Of a DNA stretch of 64,000 nt, positions 28,101 through 40,100 are shown piece by piece. A program made the translations under genes and the position numbers. The notes under the pieces are model-generated. The model saw only the letters and a program-made list of their open reading frames with translations, did not search any database and had not been told where the DNA came from. Source of the DNA: Ylistrum balloti (taxonomy: Eukaryota); assembly GCF_031769215.1 (NCBI RefSeq), contig NW_026781870.1, forward strand, positions 930,001 through 994,000, read 5' to 3'. The first letter of the stretch is position 1. Each line of letters opens with the position of its first letter.

Positions 28101-31100
28101 GTGTGGAGTTTAATTTGATATCACTCTGTGTTTGTTTGACAGGGTTGTCTTGACAACACCATGGGAGACCACTGCGAGACCTGTCTGCCTGGTCACTATG
28201 GTGACCCGTCCCGTGAGGGCTGTACCATCTGTAGCTGTCCTCTCCCCATCGCTAGTAACAAGTTAGTACAGCAGAGTTTGTCTTTAAATAAAACCTTTCA
28301 GCAATTACATTCACGTGTGATATGTTATTTAGTGTAAAATTTCAATGGTGGACTTCGACCTTTTTTTTTTCAGTTTTGCGTTTGGATGTAATGCTTACAA
28401 TGGTGAGATGGTTTCCTGTGACTGTCAGCCGGGCTATGCTGGTCTCCTCTGTGATAGGTAAGTTCTGTACAATAGATACACCAGTGTTGACAGGACCACA
28501 GAGATAGACTGTGATTTAGATAGGAGAGGTGCGAATATGGGGCCAGTTGAGTAAAGGTGAAAAAGTTTAGTGTTTTATTTGTCATTTCATTCATATATAC
28601 TATACTATACACTTGTAATCCTTCAGAAAGATTTTTACTAGGAATGCCAGCAAACTTTCCAATATTTGTTAAGTAGGACAGTATTAGAATAGAAAAATGA
28701 TATTCAAATATTCATTTTTCACAATTGTTTGATAGAATTTGGAAGATCATTAAAATTCATTTATTTGCTCTGTCAAATGATTGTCAAATTTTCATTCTGA
28801 CCTGCTTTTTGTCAAGCAAACAATCAAGGTATCAGTGGTGTTCAAAATTTTACACCTGTATAATTCATATGACACTAATTAGCCAAAGGCAGGAGGGCTT
28901 GAGTTCACCCATATTCAGGTAAAACAAAGTGTTGTATGATCAATTATATGAATATTAGTCTTCTTTGATATTTAGCTAGTTTGATTGTAACACGGTCCGG
29001 TCCAGCATTGTTCCACATGTGGATATAATTATTTTTGTTTTAAGGTGTATTCTGAAACAGTTGATTTAATGTAGTACTATTACAATTGTTTTATTTATAT
29101 ATGTTTTGATACTACTTTTGACTTCTGATTTATGAGAGGATATATTGTTTCCTCAAATCTTCTCATTTCTGTGATATATTTTCTTGATATTTTTATATTT
29201 TAGAATCCCAGTTTTAAAGCTAGACAATTTGGTGTAGACAACTTTTCAGTCAAACTAGTTATATGCTATGTTAATCATATTAAAACAAAACGAGTCATTG
29301 TAGGTACCATTATGTTCTGTATTGGTAAAATGTTACAGTACAAAGGCCTAGTATATAAAGATGTGCACGCTGAATTTGAAAGTTGCATACCATATGGAAT
29401 TGACATTAATTTGAGTATTTGAATACAGAATTAGGCTAATATTTATATAGTTATTTTATCCTGCTATGAACTAGATATATAGATTGAGAACAATACATGA
29501 ATACTGACATATAGGTGGGCTTATTACAGGACATTGATATAGAATTTGTTGTCATTTCTACTGAAATCGCACTTAATGTCATATCCATGGAACATACAAC
29601 AAAATACAGTTTCTGATTATCTCCCGTTTTGTAGATGTGCCCCAGGTTACTATGGCAATCCCAATGAGGAGGGCGGTCGTTGTGAAATGTGTCAATGTTC
29701 CGGAAATATTGATATGAACAACCGCGGCTCGTGTAGCGAGGTGACTGGTGCATGTCTTATGTGTGACAACAACTCAACAGGCGTCGACTGTTCTCAGTGT
29801 CGTGATTGGTGGTATGGTGATGCTGTTGAAGCCAAAAATTGTCAAGGTATTGGAAATGTTCCTTCGATTCATTACAGTAATGAAAATATCAGTATGGCAT
29901 TAACCTGTTCTGTAGGGCGAATACTTCCAGACATTCTGTATACTTTATATTATAATTATAACACCTGTGTCCTTACAGCCTGTATACCTGTATTTTACCT
30001 GTAGTAAGTGCCACTGTATAACCTGTACTATAATTATAACACCTGTGTCCTTACAGCCTGTATACTTGTATTTTACCTGTAGTAAGTGCCACTGTATAAC
30101 TTGTACTATAATTATAACACCTGTGTCCTTACAGCCTGTACCTGTGACCAATGTGGTTCTCAGCTGTGTGACAACGCTGTAGGACAGTGTATGTGTAAAC
30201 CAAATGTGCAGGGCGAGGACTGCGATAGCTGTGCAGTGAGTAGAATTACTTACTTTTAGTACTTATTGCATGATACAGAATTCAGGATAGTCTGTATCAG
30301 TTTTTCTTTACAATTACACTCGACGTCAATTTTTCTTTCAAATCTACTGGAATTAAGAAATATGTTTTAAATTAAACAAATGAATTCAATGATTTTTTTC
30401 TCTCAAAATTGTTTTCATTAGTTTGGTATAAATTTGATAATTGATGGACTCCCATTATATAAGTAAGAAATCCAAGGTATTTAATTCAATGCACAGCCCA
30501 ACACATATGGATTTGACAACTGCGAGGGTTGTCGGGACTGTAACTGTGGACTAGCCGCCACCAGCCTTCAGTGTGACCTTGTCAGTGGACAATGCTCCTG
30601 TCAGCCGGGTGTTACAGGCCTGATGTGTGACGAGTGTATGGACGGCTTCTTCGACTATACTGCAACTGGTTGTCAAAGTGAGAACAATCATTTTCAATTT
30701 CTTAACATCAAAAAGTTTTTATTGCAAAAGTTAAAACTTGTGAGACAACTTTGATGAAATATATGAAATGAAAACAAAATTGAAAATACTTTTTATCACA
30801 TAAATCAAAAATATTTCACTTTGACGGATTTAATGGTAAAATGTGGAGGGCAATATCAAATGACGGTGGCCATATTGTTGTGCCATTTCCACTTCTTGAA
30901 GTAATGTCCTTGTCCAGATTGTGACATCGCAATCAATTTCATAATGATGCAGTCGATGAAAAATGCTCCAGGATAAATAAGGATAAAGATATATACTCGT
31001 GGCATATATGTGAAAAATTTACAAGGGGGTTAATTCACAGGATAACAGTCGGATAGCAAGATAAAAGCTGTTTCTAAAATAAAATTTCTATGATACATGT

Positions 31101-34100
31101 ACATTGAAACCCGTTGAATATCATGTTCCATTTGTTGGGGGAAAATGTGATAATAAGTGGAATGTGACATAAACAGTTGACACATTTTTTTCCGGACGTC
31201 TTAACCCAGAAGTTAATTTTCTGATGTGCCAAACTAACAGAAATTGTTTGTAGGTAAAACAATTGAAATTATTTGTTTTTCCCATAAGAACAATGAGTTT
31301 CCATAGCTTTCATTTGTTTATTCTTTGAAATACCTAAATTGGAATCATGAATTATCTTGAATGATGATGTCATCATTATGTAATATTCCATTTATATGTG
31401 GTTCATACATGACACTTGTCATCAGCTGATGTTTTGCCACATAATTCATTCTTTCTTTGATATATAGGCTTTATAATGGTGTATCATAGCAAAGTTGATA
31501 TATGTACAGTGTTTATCTCTGCAACTTTGATCAAATGTGATCTGAAGATCGCAGCTCAAGCATTACCACAAAAAAAAAGCTAACAGAGTGTGTATTGTTC
31601 AACTTTGAAACGCCATGTTTCACTGACTATTAATGTAAGTGGTTATTTTTAATGGCCAAACAGATGTCATGAAAATGGCATATGGAAAATAATGGTAATA
31701 CATAGAAACATGTGTTTCAAGAAAATGTGATATTAACTGGAAAGTGACATTAACAGAAGTGACATTAAGTGGGTTTCACTATACATATTCACTATACATA
31801 TTACTAAACAGTTAACTGATGCTTTTAATGGCAACAATATAAAGTGGAGTAAAGTGGATTATCATGTTGCTGTGTGTGTACAGAGTGTGACTGTGAGGCA
31901 GATGGTGCTATGACCTGTAATCCATTTACTGGGGTGTGTCAGTGTCTGGAGGGTGTCACTGGTGAAAGGTGTGATAGATGCCTTCCACGCTGGATCCTCG
32001 TACCCAATGAGGGATGCCGTCGTAAGTTGTCTCTTCACCCATGAGGAAAGATAACCTCATTAAAAAAACTATTAAAAGAACTTTTTGTCAGTACTTTGTT
32101 TTATTTTTTGAAGTAAACTGCTTGTACTTCTGTTGTCAAAAAGGAATTAGGCTACAATTAATGTATGAATTTTGATCTACATCTATTTTAGTGTAGCATA
32201 AAATAATGAATCGATGCAAACACAAAATGATGTCATGGCAATATTTTTACGCTGTCTTTAGGTCATTAACGTCATTAACAATCGCAGCTTATCTGTTCCA
32301 TCCCCTCTTTGTATTCTAGCCTGTGACAGTTGTGTGCACATTTTGCTGGATGACTTAGAATTCATGGATAGAAATCTAACCAGCTTGACCGGTAACCTGG
32401 CAACAGTCTCTGTTGGAGTGACAGCCATGAAGCGTCTGCAAGCCATCAACGATTCAGTCGCCATTAATGGAGTATGTTTTTAGTCAAGTTTCTATTAAAG
32501 TGTGTTACAGAAATCAAAGTGAAAAACGGTGATAGAATCGGACATTTTCATTTTCTTTTTAACGATTTAACCTGATATTTTGATAACAGTTTTGATAAAT
32601 AAATCAGAACTACCAATGCCCTGTGTATATAGTGCTAGTGTTGTGTATTATATAAGGGTACCAATGGCCGTTAAATATGGTAATGTACATAATATTTTCT
32701 GTAAAGAAAAAAGATATAACAAAAAAGGATCAGGGCATCAAAAACCAAGATAAATTCCTGTAAATAAAATCTTGAAGTGAAAGATCTTTTCTCCTCCATG
32801 GTTCTTGAAGTAAAAGATCTTTTCTCCTCCATGGTTCTTGAAGTAAAAGATCTTTTCTCCTCCATGGTTCTTGAAGTAAAAGATCTTTTCTCCATGGTTC
32901 TTGAAGTAAAAGATCTTTTCTCCTCCATGGTTCTTGAAGTAAAAGATCTTTTCTCCTCCATGGTTCTTGAAGTAAAAGGTCTTTTCTCCTCCATGGTTCT
33001 TGAAGTGAAAGATCTTTTCTCCTCCATGGTTCTTGAAGTAAAAGATCTTTTCTCCTCCATGGTTCTTGAAGTAAAAGATCTTTTCTCCTCCATGGTTCTT
33101 GAAGTAAAAGATCTTTTCTCCTCCATGGTTCTTGAAGTAAAAGGTCTTTTCTCCTCCATGGTTCTTGAAGTAAAAGATCTTTTCTCCTCCATGGTTCTTG
33201 AAGTGAAAGATCTTTTCTCCTCCATGGTTCTTGAAGTAAAAGATCTTTTCTCCTCCATGGTTCTTGAAGTGAAAGGTCTTTTCTCCTCCATGGTTCTTGA
33301 AGTGAAAGGTCTTTTCTCCTCCATGGTTCTTGAAGTAAAAGATCTTTTCTCCTCCATGGTTCTTGAAGTGAAAGATCTTTTCTCCTCCATGGTTCTTGAA
33401 GTAAAAGATCTTTTCTCCTCCATGGTTCTTGAAGTGAAAGATCTTTTCTCCTCCATGGTTCTTGAAGTGAAAGAATGGTTCTTGAAGTAAAAGATCTTTT
33501 TCCTCCATGGTTCTTGAAGTAAAAGATCTTTTCTCCTCCTCCATGGTTCTTCCAAGTGAAGTAAAAGATCTTTTTCCTCCATGGTTCTTGAAGTAAAAGA
33601 TCTTTTCTCCTCCATGGTTCTTGAAGTGAAAGATCTTTTCTCCATGGTTCTTGAAGTGAAAGGTCTTTTCTCCTCCATGGTTCTTGAAGTAAAAGATCTT
33701 TTCTCCTCCATGGTTCTTGAAGTAAAAGATCTTTTCTACTCCATGGTTCTTGAAGTAAAATAACTTTTCTCCTCCATGGTTCTTGAAGTGAAAGACCTTT
33801 TCTCTATGGTTCTTGAAGTAAATTAACTTTTCTCCTCCATGGTTCTAGCCTAAGATCGACAAAATGAAAGCAGCAGAAGATGCATTTTCCCTGACACCAC
33901 TGAGGCAGGCCGTTACAGAGATCATAGAACTGGCAGATGACACCGTGGCAATGGTCAGTATTTGTGAATCTTTTGGTTGATGTAAGAAGTCAAAGGTAAA
34001 CTATCGCAATAATGTAGATGGTTAGTAATTTACTAATGGTGATACGGTGGTGACTTGTGTTATATGGCAATTTTTTTACCCTAACCATGCAGAATTATTT

Positions 34101-37100
34101 CCTCTCATCACAGAAACATTTTCAACAAATTAGGACACTAAACTCCTTTTTGTTTTTGGGTCACTGTCTGTCTTGTTTACATGTTTGTCAAAAATATTAA
34201 TTCAGAGCAATGACCAAATATGTGACAAGGATGTGTCCTAAGTTTGGATATGTATTGATGATGTGCACATTCTTTATCTTACAGTCCAATACACAGATAG
34301 TGTCTGCTGGCCTGGTAAAGGAGGAAGCTGAACAATTCCTCACCAAAGCCCTTGACCTTGAACAGAACAGTGAAGATGTCAGTGCTGGATCTAATGGTAA
34401 ATATGATATGATGATAGTATTTGATGCCCAAATGTACACAAGAAAAAGAAAATATTTCTTTTTTTTTTCAGTTTCAAATGTATAAAGACATCAAAGTGGA
34501 AATGGCTGACAAAGTCTTAAAGACTTAGAAATAAAAAAAAAATAACTTAAAATTTTGAAATACCTAAAAGTACAATAATTTTTGTTGAAGTCTTAAAATG
34601 AAGATTGCTTCTTTGACCTGCCATCTTCTGTCTTTGGTGAAGTAAACATAACATGTAGTGTATTTGTAATGTAATCTTGACACTTCTAACTGTCAGAGAG
34701 GTGACTGTTGTAATCAGTATCATACCTTTGTTGGTCATCTCTCTACAGTCATCTCTGGATATTATCTCAGAATCCACCTGTCTTAATCTCACAAGGTCTT
34801 ACCCATTGATACAGAGATTAACAATATAGATTGTACAAGTTCCTTAAGGTCAAGGTCACCAATTCTAGAAATAGAACAAGACTCTGTTAGAGATATCTTA
34901 AGCTGACATTGGCTGTGCTAATTTACATATGCACTTGGAGTATTGATTGTGTTACTCCAGTCAGTCTCTGCTGTTTATTTCATTTAGACAGAAATGAGTC
35001 AACCATAGAATTCTTCAAAAGTTTTAAAGTAATTTAAAATTTAATTTAATTTAAAATTTAAAAGTAAATAAATATAAATAAATGAAAAATAAACAATTGC
35101 TTCTGTCTTGCCAGTAACTTTATATACCGTAGTATTTTGGAAAATGACCTTTGTACGACCTTGACCTTACAGTGGCTGTACAGGAGGTTGAAGATGTCCT
35201 TGCCACCATCCTGAGGGGGATCCAGGTGACCAACATAGACACATACATCAAGCAGTCCATTGATCTTTTGGATGACATCATGGCAGTCAACATAACTGGG
35301 GTAAATGACAGAGCAAACGCTGCTGTTATTGACATTTTAGGGTGTAAGTATACAACAAAAAATGGTTTAGTAATTTACAGAGCCTAAGTTTGGTCTATAG
35401 ATTCTGTGAAATTGATGAATAGATGTGCCTTGATCAATTTTGTTTTGATAGAAAACTAAGTGCACCAGTGGGAGGAGAGGTATACTGGATTATGTCACAT
35501 GTCTTACTTTGAGTAATTTGAGATACATTTCAGGTTGTCAAACAAAGTAATGTTTACCAAGGGAGTATACAAATGATGTATTGATAGGAGTTTTGTTGTT
35601 GTATTAGATTTTGTAAACTTTACATCCCAAACCCTGCTGGCTTTGGTTTTGGCCTACTGTTGGAAGTTTATGAGGTCGGATGAATGTTACTTCTGATTGG
35701 TTCTTTGCTTGACTTAATGATTTCAAGATTTATCAATTTTTATGTCCAGTTGACTTGGACAGATACAGGGTTGCATACAAGGAGAGTGAGAATGAGGCTG
35801 AAAGGCTAGCCAATGCTGTTAACGACCTCGCCGACAGTCTCTACAGCCTTCAGGAAAATGGTCAGCGCAGTCTCACTAACTCTTCTGACACCATGGCACT
35901 TGTTAAAAAGATTAGACAGCTGTCTCTTAATATCATTGGAGTAAGTAGAAAAGAATATTCCGGGTACTTAAACGGACGGTTTAGAACATAAAGCTTTTAA
36001 AGAAACCAAAATCAAAAGATTAAAGTAAATGCCTTACAAGTTTTTTGTTGTTGTCCAATTGAATTATGCTGAATTTGTGATCTATTTGAACTACGATGAG
36101 GTCTGGATCGCTGGGTTTTATAATGTAAGTTGTCATGATGACTGATTTTCATTTTCAATCAGCTGCGTCTGAAGGGAATTGAAGAGTCGAGCAGAGATAC
36201 AGAGATGATACTGAGAATGTCGCAAAGCGAAATTGATGCAGCTTTGGAGGCCTTACAGACCTGCAAGGCTGATACGGAGGTTCGTATACATTTCAGACCT
36301 GAGTTAGGTAAACTTTTGTTAGATTAAATGGCTTGAGGTTATGAGTTAGGGAAACATATGTGAGGTTAAATGGCTTGAGGTTATGAGTTAGGGAAACATG
36401 CGAGGTTAAATGGCTTGAGGTTATGAGTTAGGGAATCATTTGTGAGGTTAAATGGCTTGAGGTTATGAGTTAGGGAAACATATGTGAGGTTAAATGGCTT
36501 GAGGTTATGAGTTAGGGAAACATATGTGAGGTTAAATGGCTTGAGGTTATGAGTTAGGGAAACAGTTGTGGGGTTAAATGGCTGGAGGTTATGGTAATGA
36601 TGAATAGTCTGCTGTGTAGTAGATATTAGTCATGTGTTACTTGGTAATTTGTTTGTATCACATTTGTTTTATATCACGTTTATTTCTTGTGTATTATTTT
36701 TAGACGGTGAATGACCAATCGTTCACAATTGTGTTATATCACGTTTATTTCTTGTGTATTATTTTTAGACGGTGAATGACCAATCAGCTGCTCTAACTGA
36801 CAGTATCAATCAGCTGAAAGTCATCGACGACAACTTGAACAGCAGCTTGAGTGATTTGGATGAGAAACAAATGCAGGCACAGGCACACGCAGAAAGCTTG
36901 GTTGATCAGGCTAAAATGCTGGAAAGGTATTTTGTATAGTGTAAAATCAACAAGTTAAAAAAAACAATAGCGATTTCACAAATTTCAAATTTCCTTAATT
37001 TTTCTTTTGGCAAATACAATTTTCAAACTATCAACACACTTAAGAGAAAGGTCATCTAATTTTCATTTTTCTTTTTCATTTTAATGAAGACAGTAATGTT

Positions 37101-40100
37101 TTAGACTTCTGTATTGAACTAAAAGAAAACATTAACTGATGGATTATATATTTTCATGTCATAAGCACACGTGTGAAATATCAGAAGTCCCAACTTGCCA
37201 AACCACCAGCTCCCCAACCAACACCCCAATTTTTGTTTTTGCTTAGTGGGCCCTACCATATCAGATAAGAGTGAATTCTGTCTTTTGTTTTTGACAGTGT
37301 GTACACAGACACGCGTGACACTGCTGCCCTAGCACTTCGAGCAGCCAACGCCTACGAGGGTATTGTCATGGCAATCAATGATGCTCAAAACGCCTCACAA
37401 GCGGCAACAGGGGCAGCGTCCAGTGCACTGGGAAAGGTAACACATGAACTAGTGACTATGATATTTGACTTCATTGTATGTAATTTTATATGCAAATTAA
37501 TTGCAAGTTGCTGATGTTAGATACTGCTAAATGCTGAGCTATGTCCACTAATTGTCAGGCTATGCCTTGCTTGTGTGTTTTATTGTTGTTGTTACATGTA
37601 AAGCTGTCCTACCAGTGGTATGGTGTATCAGTCAGATTTTAAACAGCAAGCTTTTGATGGTACAGCATTATATTGATACGAATTGAGAGGAAATTAGGTC
37701 TTTGTTGCTTTGTATATGTATATATATGTATGTTATATATAACACCAGTTGAAGAAATAAAAAAATGCCCTTTCATATTTCAAGCGCAATACATTTTATG
37801 GGCACTCTTTATGTGTTGTATGTGAACTGGTGTATTGTTTAAAAAGAATTGTAGTGGTTGTAATGATAGAAACTTTGATAGGAGTGCATGTATCTTCTGG
37901 TTTCCATTTTCCTTCTCATTTCATTACCATCAAAAAATGTCCTTTTTTACAGACACTTGTCTTTCCTATATCCTAGTATAATGACAAATATAAATGAAAT
38001 TTTACTCTTCTGAAATTTAGAATTTACTTATTTCTGTCTTTTTAAATTGAATTTTGTTTTTGGTTGAGAGAGTGGCATCATCCAGTCTTTGCGAGTTAAT
38101 TATTGATGAGAGCACGGCATCGTTACACTAATTTTGGGGTTTTTATTTCAGGTGTTCCTAATGCCCGTAAGGACTCGTATTTATACACAATATATATATG
38201 TACTATAGTTACTTACATAACAACACGAAGGCTTCAGCTCTCTTTGGTAACCTTGGTAACGCCTAATGTAACAGGGCTGTGCAATGACAATGCGTGCTTC
38301 ACCAAAGTCTGTGACATTATATTTGTGGATTCTTAAAATGATTTTGAATTTGAAGAGCTGTTTCCTCCATTACACATATAACTGTAAAACCTGTCTAAAC
38401 TGAACACATACCAATATTTTTGTCCAAATATGCACAGAATGTGCAGGTTTTTATCTCATAATTGCATATTTATTATAAATCTGGTTTATGCAGGTTTACA
38501 AATTGATTTGATATATGTAAGTACACTAAAAGTGTTTGTTTGTTCCATTTCTTTTATAAGGAAAGTTTCTTCTTAAAAGGCTCTTAGACTTGAACAAGAG
38601 AAATTTGAAAACCGTTACATAGATCACAGCTATACTACACATTGACTGGGTATAGGGAAGAGAAAGCGATAAAAGGCTAAATATTGTGGTGATAGAAAGT
38701 GAAGTAAACAGAAAAGAGGATGTGTTTATCAGGCACGTATGCTTATTAGGTTGAGTACTGTACAAGTTAAAACATCAAACCCAAATTCATGATCTTTGAT
38801 TCCACAGGGTTCAGTTTAGACAGGTTAAACACTTTGATCATAGTTCTAGAATAGAATTGAGATTTGGAGTGAAGAGAAAAAACCCTTGAATAGATTAGAA
38901 ACTCATAATAACATGGACGTCCCTTAAAAAGGATACCCTTAATTCCTATGTGCCTTTCTTTCCTTGATTCTTTGTGACCCCTTACTGGTAGATTAGTGGA
39001 ATAGATCTTTCACCATTTGGAGGTATACTTCTCACAGATGTTTGTCAAAGTCATTTTAAAATTATAACTTACTGAATTGTGGAATTGATTCCAAATACAT
39101 TGGAGAATAATTCCCCTTTTTTTTTTGTCTTTTCGACATGACCGTGGGTTGAAAACACTGGTAGAAGTTTAACATTGGTGTTTCATTGATTGTGATATCT
39201 GTAAAGTGTTCACATGATTTCTGTTTGTACCAACTGGTTGCCGTAGTAACATAATATACCCTCTATTTAAGGTTCCTGGTACATATGTATGGATAACTCG
39301 TACGCTCTTCACTAACACATTGCAGCTGTAGTGTATTCTTTTCTTGGACTTGTTGCAATTTTAGGAAACAATTTTAATGAATTTCTGTGTTGCATGACAA
39401 GATTATTGATTCCTTTTGAATTAAAATTAATTTGGATGCAAATTATGAGAGGATCCATTAGATGCAGTGTATCCTGATTTGTAGGTAAATATGTAGATCA
39501 ATAAGAAGAGAATACAGCTACATTGAAATATATTCTTTAGTTGTGATAGTGCCATTCATAAACCTCATAATATGTATTGTTGAACTATATGTAAGATTTA
39601 CAACCCTTCTGGATCTTGTGTTTTACTGGGTATTAGATACATAGAATATCAGTGATCTGACTATTTCTGATATCCAATATAATTAAGTAAAAAAAATTGT
39701 ATAACATGAAATTTTTGTAGAATATTAATTGTTTTCATGGCTTTAGACAAACCACGAAAATAAAAAGCAATATATAAGACTGAATATTCAGTATCTATGA
39801 TATTGTAGACATTCATGTGACATTATGGAAATTTGCACCCCTTTAAAAATGTGCCTACAAACTTTATATGGTGGAAGTATAGTATATATATATTGTTATA
39901 GTCATTTGTAATTTTTGTTATTCCCCCTTAACAAAGCTGATGTGTAAAACACAAGCTTATATCGTGAGAGGGGGAAAAAGGCAAGGGGTTGGGGATGGGG
40001 GGTGGGGGAGTTACATACTTGATGATTGGCATAGTTCTTTTGCAGCAGTATTAAACACAAAAACTAAAACAATCTAAAGTTAATTGATCTGTATCATAAC

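Noticed and set aside
32671-33763. 346-, 268- and 237-aa ORFs on both strands
   Set aside because: By-product of the stop-free 33-bp unit.
39470-39490. AG|GT recursive-splice-like site (gatttgtag|gtaaat, 39484/39485)
   Set aside because: Weak pyrimidine tract and an intron of only 3.3 kb; expected by chance without read evidence.
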